From assembly GCA_050250255.1 (NCBI GenBank), contig JBFWOZ010000004.1, positions 43,557-107,556 on the forward strand: 64,000 nucleotides of DNA, written 5' to 3'. The notes beneath the pieces were generated by a model. The model was not told the DNA's origin. It saw only the letters and a program-made list of their open reading frames with translations, and made no database searches. Numbering within the stretch: position 1 is the stretch's first letter; the number at the start of each line of letters is the position of its first letter. The position numbers and the translations under genes were made by a program. This document shows positions 47,782-56,747 of the stretch, in pieces. Origin of the DNA: Bdellovibrionales bacterium (GTDB lineage Bacteria; Bdellovibrionota; Bdellovibrionia; Bdellovibrionales; DASUEL01).

Positions 47782-48566
47782 TATCTCAAATTATTAATGG
47801 TTTGTAACATCTGGTCTGCCGCCTGCATCGTCTTAGAGTTCGTCTCGTAAGCTCGTTGCGCCGTAATCATATTGACCATTTCTTCCACGATATTGACGTT
47901 GCTGGTTTCCAGCTGACCTTGAGCCAACGCACCCAATCCGTTTTCACCGGGGTTACCCTGTAAAGGAGCTCCACTCGCATTGCTCGGCATATACAAATTT
48001 TTACCTACGGATTTGAGGCCCGCTGGGTTTACAAAATTCACAATTTGAATTTGTCCCAAAGTTTGAGGTTCTGGATTTTCCGCCACAATCACGGTCACCG
48101 TGCCCGAAGCACCGATATCAATACCACTTGTTCCTGGAGGAATAGTGATTTCTGGCTGAAGAACGTTTCCGTTTTTATCCATCAATCTACCGTTAGAATC
48201 TTTCTTGAAAGATCCATCACGTGTGTAGGCAATTTGTCCAGAGGGCAACTGCACTGGAAAAAATCCATTCCCTTCAATTTGAAGATCGAGAGCATTTTTT
48301 GTCATAGCCGCAGAGCCCATTTCAAAATCTTTAGTCACAGAAGCCGTACGCACCCCTAAACCCACTTGTACGCCAGTCGGCGATACGGAATTGGCCCCAG
48401 TTTGTGCGCCCGGTTCTTTCACTGTTTGATAAAGAAGATCTTCAAATTCGGCTCTGGATTTTTTAAAGCCCGAGGTGCTCACATTCGCGATGTTGTGAGA
48501 AATCACATCCATATTTGTTTGCTGTGCCTGCATTCCTGTGGCCGCTGTATTAAGTGCCTTAATCAT
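47781..48566 (-). CDS. flgG: Distal rod protein FlgG
   Basis: AATGMQAQQ...NIANV.T.GFK, FEDLLYQ, YTRDG and LETSNVN.VEEMV. Confidence 0.97.
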   Translation of the reverse strand: MIKALNTAATGMQAQQTNMDVISHNIANVSTSGFKKSRAEFEDLLYQTVKEPGAQTGANSVSPTGVQVGLGVRTASVTKDFEMGSAAMTKNALDLQIEGNGFFPVQLPSGQIAYTRDGSFKKDSNGRLMDKNGNVLQPEITIPPGTSGIDIGASGTVTVIVAENPEPQTLGQIQIVNFVNPAGLKSVGKNLYMPSNASGAPLQGNPGENGLGALAQGQLETSNVNIVEEMVNMITAQRAYETNSKTMQAADQMLQTINNLR

Positions 48567-48576
48567 TCATTCCTCC

Positions 48577-49389
48577 TTACAACTTCGGAATCGTGTTAAC
48601 GAGCTTGTCATTCATTTGGTCGTAAGCTTGAATAGCCTTCTGTAAGCTTTCAAATGTTCGTGTAGCCGAAATCATATCTGTCATTTCTTGGATCACGTTC
48701 ACATTACTCATCTCAAGAGAAGCTTGGTGGATTTGTGAATCGGTCGCTGGAGTGAGCACAACCGGAACTGTGTCTAATAATTTATAATTAGAGGTTCCTA
48801 CTTTTTGTAAGCCATCAAGATTAGAAACACTTACGAAAGAAAGAGCACCAACGCGGTTTACACCTTGGAATAACTCTCCTGTTTTCGTCACTCTTAAGTC
48901 ACCACCCGGCTGCAGACGAATTTCTCTGCCAGCAGCAGCTGTTCCAGGAGCTCCAGGCTGAAGCACGGTAAAACCGTCCTTCGTGACAAGCCTGCCTTCT
49001 CCATCGACGGTAAAGGAACCATTTCTTGTTAAGCGCACACCTTGAGGAGTGCCAACTTCAAAAAAGCCGGAACCTTCGATAGCAAAATCCAAACTATTGC
49101 CAGTAGGTTTTACTGACCCTTGCTTGAAATCCGTATAGGAACGATCAGTTTCAACATAACCCTTGTCAGCACCTTGCATGTTGTAGAAGCTTTCCGGTTC
49201 CGCTAAATTTTTTGGGACCTGAATCACTTCTGATGGACGCTCATGAGAAGCGAGATACTCTTTAAAGATCTGGCTGTCTTTCTTAAAAGACGGTGTGTTC
49301 ACGTTTGCGATATTGTTCGCAATTGTCTCGAGGCGAGAGTTTTGAGCCATTGCTCCACTGACGGCAGTAAAAATTCCCTTTGTACTCAT
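48577..49389 (-). CDS. flgF: Proximal rod protein FlgF
   Basis: ANNIANVNT..FK, TGN.LDFAIEG.GFF, TRNG.F and LE.SNVN; upstream of flgG. Confidence 0.88.
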   Translation of the reverse strand: MSTKGIFTAVSGAMAQNSRLETIANNIANVNTPSFKKDSQIFKEYLASHERPSEVIQVPKNLAEPESFYNMQGADKGYVETDRSYTDFKQGSVKPTGNSLDFAIEGSGFFEVGTPQGVRLTRNGSFTVDGEGRLVTKDGFTVLQPGAPGTAAAGREIRLQPGGDLRVTKTGELFQGVNRVGALSFVSVSNLDGLQKVGTSNYKLLDTVPVVLTPATDSQIHQASLEMSNVNVIQEMTDMISATRTFESLQKAIQAYDQMNDKLVNTIPKL

Positions 49390-49424
49390 AGACTAGACTC
49401 CTCTCTCATAACATCAATCAAGCA

Positions 49425-49440
49425 AGCAAGAGACGTTCCA
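49425..49440 (-). promoter_or_regulatory. Sigma54 promoter of the flgF operon
   Basis: Minus strand TGGAAC-N5-TTGCT, 35 nt upstream of the flgF ATG. Confidence 0.65.
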
Positions 49441-49650
49441 TGACGCCTGGACCTCTCCTTTGGTCTATACAAATTTGTTGCGCTCAACCAATGAGAGCTC
49501 ACCGCAAAGTGGTCTCGCCTTTTGTCGAGGGGAATAGAGAACTACACCAAAATCTGTCAGATAATTGACGTGGGTCTAACGAATGATTTGACGGGACTTC
49601 GAAGCAAGAGATGATGACGAAAAATAAAAAAACTCAGATAATAAAAGGCT

Positions 49651-50601
49651 ATGAGAATGTTTTCTATTGTTCAGGTCTTCTCCTTGATGTTGGCTTGCGT
49701 GCTTCCTTGTGAGAGAAGCTCCGCTCAGCCCATGTGGGATTCTCAAAAGAAGTTGAACAAGCAAGCTTCCTATTCTCGCAGACAGACTGATCCTACCGTT
49801 ATCACCTTCGAATACCCTGTGGAATACAATCTCGCTGTCCAAAAGTGGATTCAATTTTTTCAAGGAAATGGTCGCCGCGTTTTTTCGAGCTGGTTAAGTC
49901 GATCCAACAAATATCTTCCGGCCATACAAAAAGTTTTAGTTTCTGAAGGATTACCCGCAGATCTTGCGTACATGGTGATGATTGAGAGTGGTTTCATGCC
50001 TCACGCCACGAGTTCGGCAAAAGCCGTTGGTCCTTGGCAGTTTATTAATGAAACCGGTGAGCGATACGGGCTTACTACAAATTGGTGGCTTGATGAGAGA
50101 AGAGACTTTGATAAAAGTTCGCGTGCGGCCGCAAAATATTTAAAATACCTTCATTCTCTTTTTAACTGCTGGAATTTGGCCGCAGCTGGATACAATGCGG
50201 GCGAAAACAAAATCATTCGCCTGATGGACAAACATCAAACTCGAAGCTTTTGGCAACTCGCCAAAATCAGCTCTCTCGCAACAGAGACAAAAGATTATGT
50301 CCCAAAACTGATTGCCACCATGCTGATTGCGAAAGCTCCAGGCATCTACGGTTTTCGTAATGTGAAATCACAGCAGCCCGTACGCTTTGAACATTTCCAT
50401 GTTCCCGGAGGAACACGACTAGATCATCTTGCTCAAAGCATCGGCTTTCCGCCAGACACAATGAGAGAATTAAATCCCGAGCTGATTCGTGGATACATCC
50501 CGTTTCAGGTTACAGGGCGAAACATCCGTATACCCCATGGTTCTTCTGCTAGCGTGTCCGCTTTCGTGAGAAAGCAAGTCAGCACGACCGCGAGCATGTA
50601 A
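49651..50601 (+). CDS. Lytic transglycosylase (SLT/MltD-like)
   Basis: IESG, SSAKAVGPWQF, DERRD, AAGYNAGE and ETKDYVPK. Confidence 0.9.
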   Translation: MRMFSIVQVFSLMLACVLPCERSSAQPMWDSQKKLNKQASYSRRQTDPTVITFEYPVEYNLAVQKWIQFFQGNGRRVFSSWLSRSNKYLPAIQKVLVSEGLPADLAYMVMIESGFMPHATSSAKAVGPWQFINETGERYGLTTNWWLDERRDFDKSSRAAAKYLKYLHSLFNCWNLAAAGYNAGENKIIRLMDKHQTRSFWQLAKISSLATETKDYVPKLIATMLIAKAPGIYGFRNVKSQQPVRFEHFHVPGGTRLDHLAQSIGFPPDTMRELNPELIRGYIPFQVTGRNIRIPHGSSASVSAFVRKQVSTTASM

Positions 50602-50603
50602 GT

Positions 50604-52268
50604 TTATTTGTAGGTATTTGTATTATTACTTAATTCATCAGCTAGGCTTTTAAGATCCAACATTTTACCGTTTTTCACCTTACTATTCAAAGGCGCTTCA
50701 GTTCGCGCAGCTGCAACTAATAACTGTTCTAACTTTGCTGGTGAAATCGTAAATCCTTTTTTCTTTGCAAAGCTATACGCCAGTCCCGCAGCTCCCGCCA
50801 CTAGAGGAGAAGACATAGAGGTTCCCTGACTGCGCTCATACTTGTTGTCGGGATAGGTAGAAAGCATACCAGATGTTCCCGGAGGGTGAGAGCCCGGCGC
50901 AGCTATTTCCACAAGACTTGTACTGTAATTTGTAAAAGCACTATGCTCATATTGCCCGCTCGTAGGACTGTCCTCTGTGGACGCAACAGTCACAAGCCCA
51001 TTGATCTCTGCTGAAAAAGAAGCTGGAGTTTGGAAGATCTTATTCGTTCCCGTATCACAACTGTTGTATGCATCTGCTTCTAAATTCGAAATTTCTCGCC
51101 CGTCATTCCCCGCGGCGGTCACGACAAATACACCTTTACTCACAGCATATTGAATGGCATCGCGTGTATTCACATCACGAGTACAACCACCGACACTTAA
51201 ATTAATAACGTTCGCTCCGTTATCAGCTGCATAACGAATGGCATTGTTTAAACGTGACGTTTGACCCTCAGGAGAATCACCAAACACATTCAGAGCCATG
51301 ATCTTTGATCGAAGCCCCATCACACCTGTGCCACCCAACATATTATTCCAACGAGCAGCTGCTAAACCGGCCACATGAGTACCATGCTCAGATCCGTCAA
51401 TTGCCTCTTCATCGCCATCTTCGTCTGCATCATACATCCACTGCTGAGGGCGAGGATCACCAGTTTGAGAAACGAAGTTCCAACCTTCATAATCGTCAAC
51501 ATAACCGTTACAGTCGTCATCGCGAGCATTATCGGGAATCTCTTTTGTATTCACCCATGTGTTGCTGGATAAGTCTTGATGATCAAGATCCACACCGCTA
51601 TCGATAATCGCAATGACTACATCAGAATTAATACCGGTCGAAGAGTCATAAAAAGTATCGTAGGCAAGAGACGAGCGAATCGCTGTATGATGTGTTTGGT
51701 CGTTAAAACGTGGATCGTTGGTGGTTGCCAATGTGTGATAAGTGATGCCTTCTGCTAAAGAGACAAGACACTCATCGTTTTCTGCGATTTGATTGAGTTC
51801 TGTTAAAGAAAAAGCTTGTTCCGTAGAGTAGTCATAATATTTTATTCGTTTCGCGGCCCGTGGATTTTCACAGTTTTCAATGACCGCTGCTACGAGAGGA
51901 GTTCCTTCAGGGATGATCACGTCTTCTTGCTGTACCCATTCGGATAGTGCTTGCTGAGGTTTCATTGTTAAATCAAAAATTCGCTTTGGAGAAAGTGCGC
52001 CCCCTGCAGTGCGACCTTGATAATAAACTTTTGAACCGCGTTCCCAACGAAGCGTCTCCACCAGAGCGTTGGCTTCTAGAATTTTTGTTGTTGAGGTGGC
52101 CTGAGTTGTTGCGGGATTAGGAACACATTGAAGAGCCGCTGGCTCTTTCAACTTTTGAGAGATGAGTTTGCCAAAGATATCAGAGCCACATCCACTTAAT
52201 AGAAATGGAAGCATTAATAGGACGGCCACTTCGGCGTGTCTCATTCTGATACAAGTTCGATTGTTCAA
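50604..52268 (-). CDS. S8 subtilisin-like serine protease, lipoprotein
   Basis: Lipobox LSGC; IDSG, HGTHVAG, AAGN and GTSMSSP. Confidence 0.92.
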   Translation of the reverse strand: MNNRTCIRMRHAEVAVLLMLPFLLSGCGSDIFGKLISQKLKEPAALQCVPNPATTQATSTTKILEANALVETLRWERGSKVYYQGRTAGGALSPKRIFDLTMKPQQALSEWVQQEDVIIPEGTPLVAAVIENCENPRAAKRIKYYDYSTEQAFSLTELNQIAENDECLVSLAEGITYHTLATTNDPRFNDQTHHTAIRSSLAYDTFYDSSTGINSDVVIAIIDSGVDLDHQDLSSNTWVNTKEIPDNARDDDCNGYVDDYEGWNFVSQTGDPRPQQWMYDADEDGDEEAIDGSEHGTHVAGLAAARWNNMLGGTGVMGLRSKIMALNVFGDSPEGQTSRLNNAIRYAADNGANVINLSVGGCTRDVNTRDAIQYAVSKGVFVVTAAGNDGREISNLEADAYNSCDTGTNKIFQTPASFSAEINGLVTVASTEDSPTSGQYEHSAFTNYSTSLVEIAAPGSHPPGTSGMLSTYPDNKYERSQGTSMSSPLVAGAAGLAYSFAKKKGFTISPAKLEQLLVAAARTEAPLNSKVKNGKMLDLKSLADELSNNTNTYK

Positions 52269-52300
52269 TCTAAGCTCCCTTGTGATTCATAGACATGAAT

Positions 52301-52316
52301 TGCAAGGTCGGGACCG
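52301..52316 (-). promoter_or_regulatory. Sigma54 promoter candidate
   Basis: Minus strand CGGTCC-N5-TTGCA (GG-N10-GC) upstream of the S8 gene. Confidence 0.4.
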
Positions 52317-52589
52317 AAACCTCTTTTTTCAAAAGGGATAAAAGGCTTCTCCTCCGTACCAATTTGAGCAGTGCCTAGCTATGAGACGGAGGAATCTGAG
52401 ATGAATCCATAGAATAAATTAAATATCAATGATTTCAATAGGATACAAAATGTTAAAGATTGGTCAATTGTCATCCCATTTGGGGCCAAACCAAGGGGCT
52501 CCCTGTAGTAAAAACAGGCCTCCTTTTTTTACGGGCCATAACTCCTTTTTTTATATAGACTCCACGCATCATTTTTATGAGGAGAGACT

Positions 52590-53912
52590 ATGAAGTGTCT
52601 ATTAGCACTCTGTGTGGCTTTGTTTGGAACAATTGTGCAAGCCCAAGAAAAAGCTGCTGTGAAAGCAAAACTGATTAAGCCTGCTTCTGCGGTAAAACGT
52701 ATAAATTACCTCTCGCAAGCGCAAGTTTGGAAATCCCAAAACATTGAAGCTCTTGATCTCATCGCTGGTCCTACTATTTCAAATGCGTTTCAGTTTGATG
52801 AATCTATCAAATGCCAATATTCAAAATCTGGTCGACTCGCTTCAAACGGAAACAGCAGAAAGTTCGAATGCCTTGATAACAATCAAAAGAAATTAAAAAT
52901 TAAGTACACTATCACCGAACAAGATCTCACTTATTTTTCTGGCCTCACAGATCCTAATCCTAAAGCAAAAGGCCGTAAGTTTTTGGCCTCCGAACAACTG
53001 GTCGCTCTTAAAGATCAGACAAACAAAGAAGTTTTTGCGGAAGTCGCAGCGACGAGATTGCTTTGGGCCCTCGGTTTTGGCGTTGATAATATGTATGCAG
53101 TTCAAGTGAGCTGCGTCGGTTGTCCCTTGGATCCGATGGAAGGTGTGGGACCAGGTCTTAATGCCCCTATGAGTTTCGTTTCTCGTTACGCGGCTATCGA
53201 AAGAAAATTGCCCGCACTCGAAATCGGCATGAAAGAAGATCAAGGTTGGACATGGGAAGAGCTCGAAGCTAACGCCGGTGTTTTCCCCGCTGCCAACGAA
53301 CCTGCCAACAAAAGAGTTCACTATGAAGCTCTTAAGCTTGTCGCCGCTTTCATTCAACACGGAGATCGTAAAGCTGAACAACAACGCCTCGTCTGTGAGC
53401 AAACGACGACCAAAGATTTGATGGGCGATTCAAAGGGAATCTTCGCTGAACAGAACGAGCCTGTATGTACATCAACTCTTGCTTACATTCACGACTTAGG
53501 AGCGACCTTTGGTGGAGCTGGCTCTACAACAAACGGTAATTCTGCAAAAATGAATCTGAAGCAATGGTCAGGCAAAAGCGTATTTAATGAAGCTCTCTAT
53601 CAAAAAACTAAAAAAGTACGTAACGGTGTAGAGAACGGCGTGTGCCGTGCGACTCTTGGCATCTCTATGGCCGCTAGTGGCGGAATGGGTGATCCTCTCA
53701 TTCGCGAAGAAGGTCGCGCTTTCTTAGGAGAACTTCTCAAACGTTTCCGTGACGCCGGAAAAGTAAAAGATCTCTTTCGCGTTTCGCGCGTAGAAGGTGT
53801 CGGCGACACTGTAGAAGCTTGGGAAATGGCTTTTAATAACAAAGTCGATCAAATCTTAAGCAAAACTTGTTGTGTGCCCAATGCCCTTGGCGACGCTTGC
53901 TTGAATAACTAA
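52590..53912 (+). CDS. Secreted protein with an atypical kinase-like motif set
   Basis: Signal peptide; KIKY, EVFAEVAATRLL, HGDRKAEQ and IHDLG. Confidence 0.5.
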   Translation: MKCLLALCVALFGTIVQAQEKAAVKAKLIKPASAVKRINYLSQAQVWKSQNIEALDLIAGPTISNAFQFDESIKCQYSKSGRLASNGNSRKFECLDNNQKKLKIKYTITEQDLTYFSGLTDPNPKAKGRKFLASEQLVALKDQTNKEVFAEVAATRLLWALGFGVDNMYAVQVSCVGCPLDPMEGVGPGLNAPMSFVSRYAAIERKLPALEIGMKEDQGWTWEELEANAGVFPAANEPANKRVHYEALKLVAAFIQHGDRKAEQQRLVCEQTTTKDLMGDSKGIFAEQNEPVCTSTLAYIHDLGATFGGAGSTTNGNSAKMNLKQWSGKSVFNEALYQKTKKVRNGVENGVCRATLGISMAASGGMGDPLIREEGRAFLGELLKRFRDAGKVKDLFRVSRVEGVGDTVEAWEMAFNNKVDQILSKTCCVPNALGDACLNN

Positions 53913-53931
53913 GTCCTCGTACAATCAGCTC

Positions 53932-54336
53932 ATGATTCACCTCCTAGAAAACGAACTTCAATTTTTTGCTGTCAGAAGTCGTGGCCCGGGAGGACAAAAC
54001 GTGAATAAAGTGTCCTCCGCGGCTCTTCTCGTATGGAATTTCGAAAACTCCTCTGTTCTTTACCCTGAACAAAAGCAGCTCATCCGACAAAAATTAGCCA
54101 ACAAAATTAATAAAGAGGGCGAACTGCTTTTACGCTCCGATGAATTCAGAGATTTAGAAAAAAATAAATCTCGCTGCAAAGAGAAGTTGGCCGAATTCCT
54201 TGCTCAAGCTCTCCATAAACCAAAACCTCGCAAAGCCACCAAGCCTACCCGTTCTTCCAAAATGAGAAAGCTAGAATCCAAACATCGTCGTGGCGAAGTC
54301 AAAAGCACTCGTCGCAAAGTTCGGTACGAAGACTAA
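53932..54336 (+). CDS. arfB: Alternative ribosome rescue factor ArfB (YaeJ)
   Basis: RSRGPGGQNVNKVSS and the basic tail PKPRKATKPT.SS...KL..K..R. Confidence 0.92.
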   Translation: MIHLLENELQFFAVRSRGPGGQNVNKVSSAALLVWNFENSSVLYPEQKQLIRQKLANKINKEGELLLRSDEFRDLEKNKSRCKEKLAEFLAQALHKPKPRKATKPTRSSKMRKLESKHRRGEVKSTRRKVRYED

Positions 54337-54380
54337 TTAACATGCTGTAGCCAGAAAAAAGGGTCAGAGACCTTTTCGAA

Positions 54381-54410
54381 AAAAAAGCCGCTTCGAAAAG
54401 CGGCTTTTTT
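54381..54410. terminator. Bidirectional intrinsic terminator between arfB and recA
   Basis: AAAAAAGCCGCTT-CGAA-AAGCGGCTTTTTT. Confidence 0.85.
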
Positions 54411-54432
54411 GTTTCTGACTTTAGAAAAAGGA

Positions 54433-55545
54433 TTAGTGCGGTTTTGCAGGCTTCGCTTTTTCTTTAGCGGCTTCTTTTGCCGGCTCTTTAGCTGACTCTT
54501 TCGTCGCATCTTTTGCTTCTGCCGAAGCTTTCTTTGGACCAATGTTGTAGGTCTCAAGAAGTTTTGCGCGAAGTTGCTCTGTGAGTTTTGGATTATCTTT
54601 CAAGTATTGTTTTGCATTGTCACGACCTTGACCGATGCGTTCACCTTGATAGCTATACCAAGCGCCAGATTTTTCAACCAAGTTTTTAGCAGCGGCTAAA
54701 TCCAAAATATCTCCCTCGCGAGAAATACCTTCGTTGAACATCAAATCAAATTCAATTTTCGCAAATGGAGGAGCCATTTTGTTCTTCACAACTTTTACAG
54801 AAGTGCGGTTCCCAACAACATCTTCACCATTTTTGATCACGGCTGCACGGCGTACATCTAAACGAACAGAAGAGTAAAACTTCAACGCGTTTCCACCTGT
54901 TGTGGTTTCTGGGTTACCGAACATCACACCAATCTTCATACGAATTTGGTTAATGAAAATCACAGTTGTGTGGCTACGGCTAATAGAAGCAGTGAGTTTT
55001 CTCAACGCTTGTGACATCAAACGAGCCTGAAGACCCATGTGGCTATCACCCATTTCGCCTTCGATTTCTGCACGCGGAGTTAATGCCGCTACAGAGTCGA
55101 CAACAAGAATGTCAACGGCGCCAGAACGAACAAGTGTTTCTGTGATTTCGAGTGCTTGTTCACCCGTGTCTGGTTGAGAGATCAAAAGATCTTCTGTGCG
55201 CACACCAAGTTTACGAGCGTAAGAAACATCAAGAGCATGTTCTGCATCTACGAACGCTGCGATGCCGCCTTGTTTTTGAGCTTCTGCAATAGCTGTAAGA
55301 GCCAGAGTTGTTTTTCCTGAACTTTCTGGTCCATAGATCTCAACAATTCTGCCACGTGGATATCCACCAATTCCAAGACCGATATCAAGGCTCAAAGAAC
55401 CAGTGCTAATCACAGGAATATCTGCGAAAAGAGTTTCTTTGCTGCCAAGGCGCATGATGGAACCTTTGCCGAATTGTTTCTCAATATTCGCGAGTGCGAG
55501 ATCGAGTGCTTTTGTTTTATCTGAACCAGTGTCTGTTGTTGCCAT
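54433..55545 (-). CDS. recA: Recombinase A
   Basis: [27 protein letters not shown] and GGNALKFY. Confidence 0.99.
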   Translation of the reverse strand: MATTDTGSDKTKALDLALANIEKQFGKGSIMRLGSKETLFADIPVISTGSLSLDIGLGIGGYPRGRIVEIYGPESSGKTTLALTAIAEAQKQGGIAAFVDAEHALDVSYARKLGVRTEDLLISQPDTGEQALEITETLVRSGAVDILVVDSVAALTPRAEIEGEMGDSHMGLQARLMSQALRKLTASISRSHTTVIFINQIRMKIGVMFGNPETTTGGNALKFYSSVRLDVRRAAVIKNGEDVVGNRTSVKVVKNKMAPPFAKIEFDLMFNEGISREGDILDLAAAKNLVEKSGAWYSYQGERIGQGRDNAKQYLKDNPKLTEQLRAKLLETYNIGPKKASAEAKDATKESAKEPAKEAAKEKAKPAKPH

Positions 55546-55567
55546 TTATGGGCTCCTTATTAAATCG

Positions 55568-55589
55568 AGTTATTAAACTTTTAATAACT
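55568..55589. promoter_or_regulatory. Perfect 10-bp inverted repeat upstream of recA
   Basis: AGTTATTAAA-CT-TTTAATAACT. Confidence 0.45.
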
Positions 55590-55652
55590 GCTGGTTTTAG
55601 TTAACTGTGTTTCTTTTATTAAACTCTTTTATTTTTCGTTCCTGCTTCAATT

Positions 55653-56123
55653 TTACTTCGCGTTTTGTAACAAGAGTTTCAGTGCATGCTCTACTGCTTG
55701 ATCTTGAACTTTTTCGCGATCTCCTTTGAAAACTTGGTGATCCGTCACTTCACATTCGGGACCACTGATTGCAAACCATACGGTGCCTACAGGCTTATGG
55801 GCGTTTCCGCCCGTCGGACCTGCAATTCCCGTCACGCCAATGGACCAAGAACTTCCCAAACTCTTTCGTACATTTTGGGCCATGGCAAGTGCTACCGGAC
55901 CGCTTACTGCGCCTAATTTTTCAATCATTTCTGCAGGCACTTGAAGTGACTTTGATTTTACAGAATTGGCGTAACTCACCACGCCGCCCAAAAAATAAGC
56001 AGAACTTCCGGCTCTGCGAGTCAATTTTGAACAGATCAAACCACCGGTACAACTTTCAGCAATCGCAAGCGTCCATTTTCTTTGAATAAAGAGCTCTTGT
56101 AATTGTTCTGTGAGCATTGACAT
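55653..56123 (-). CDS. cinA: CinA C-terminal / PncC NMN deamidase
   Basis: AESCTGG, GSS.YF.GG..SY.N..K, GAVS, TGIAGP.GG and KPVGTV. Confidence 0.9.
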   Translation of the reverse strand: MSMLTEQLQELFIQRKWTLAIAESCTGGLICSKLTRRAGSSAYFLGGVVSYANSVKSKSLQVPAEMIEKLGAVSGPVALAMAQNVRKSLGSSWSIGVTGIAGPTGGNAHKPVGTVWFAISGPECEVTDHQVFKGDREKVQDQAVEHALKLLLQNAK

Positions 56124-56590
56124 CAAAAGTCTCCAAGCCACAGTGTTCTTAGAACTATGTATTGTAAAATCAAATTGGCAAGGAGCCCGGCGAAAAGATC
56201 ATCAAAAACAACTCCATATCCGCCCTTAATATTTTTATCGAAATAGCTAATCGGAAATGGCTTCACCATATCCAAAATTCGAAACAGAACAAATCCCGCC
56301 ACCAAGGTCTTCACGGTGAGCGGAATGAGCGCCATGGTAAGGAAAAATCCTACGATTTCATCGATGACCACTTCAGATTGATCATGCGTTTTGTGATAAG
56401 CCTCGTAAATTTCGGCCACATAAATGGCTCCAACAATCGACGCGAAGGTCAGAAGCAAGTAGGACAAAGGTCCAAGCTCATTTAAAATCCAAACAAGAGG
56501 AACAGCGAGCAGCGTTCCGCACGTGCCTGGGAAATAAGGGCTTTTTCCAACGTAGAGTCCAGTCGCAAGGGCTGTAAAGAGGGGCCTCAT
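56123..56590 (-). CDS. pgpA: Phosphatidylglycerophosphatase A
   Basis: PGT.GT, D.SEVVIDE.VG, FR.LD..KP.PI and GV.FDDL.AG. Confidence 0.92.
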   Translation of the reverse strand: MRPLFTALATGLYVGKSPYFPGTCGTLLAVPLVWILNELGPLSYLLLTFASIVGAIYVAEIYEAYHKTHDQSEVVIDEIVGFFLTMALIPLTVKTLVAGFVLFRILDMVKPFPISYFDKNIKGGYGVVFDDLFAGLLANLILQYIVLRTLWLGDF

Positions 56591-56595
56591 ATAAA

Positions 56596-56634
56596 AACTC
56601 CGAGTTCAGAGCTCCGAGTTCGGAGCTCTGAACT
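56596..56634. repeat. Heptamer-repeat 14-bp perfect hairpin
   Basis: AACTCCG AGTTCAG AGCTCCG AGTTCGG AGCTCTG AACT; arms 56603-56616 and 56621-56634. Confidence 0.75.
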
Positions 56635-56747
56635 GTTGATATCAGATATCTGGTTGAAGTCTGCCTTTGGCCCAGTGCCGCATTTTTCTCCTCTGAAAAC
56701 CTTGGGAATTCTTAAGAAAAATCCGAAAAATAAGAGGGGGAATTTGC

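Noticed and set aside
49433..49448. GGCGUC-AUGGA-ACGUC hairpin upstream of flgF as a CsrA site
   Set aside because: It coincides with the sigma54 -24 box and would lie upstream of the transcription start.
54433..54530. Lys/Ala/Glu-rich quasi-repeat at the recA 3' end, and ORF 54333-54557
   Set aside because: Low-complexity RecA C-terminal tail; the alternate-frame ORF runs through the terminator.
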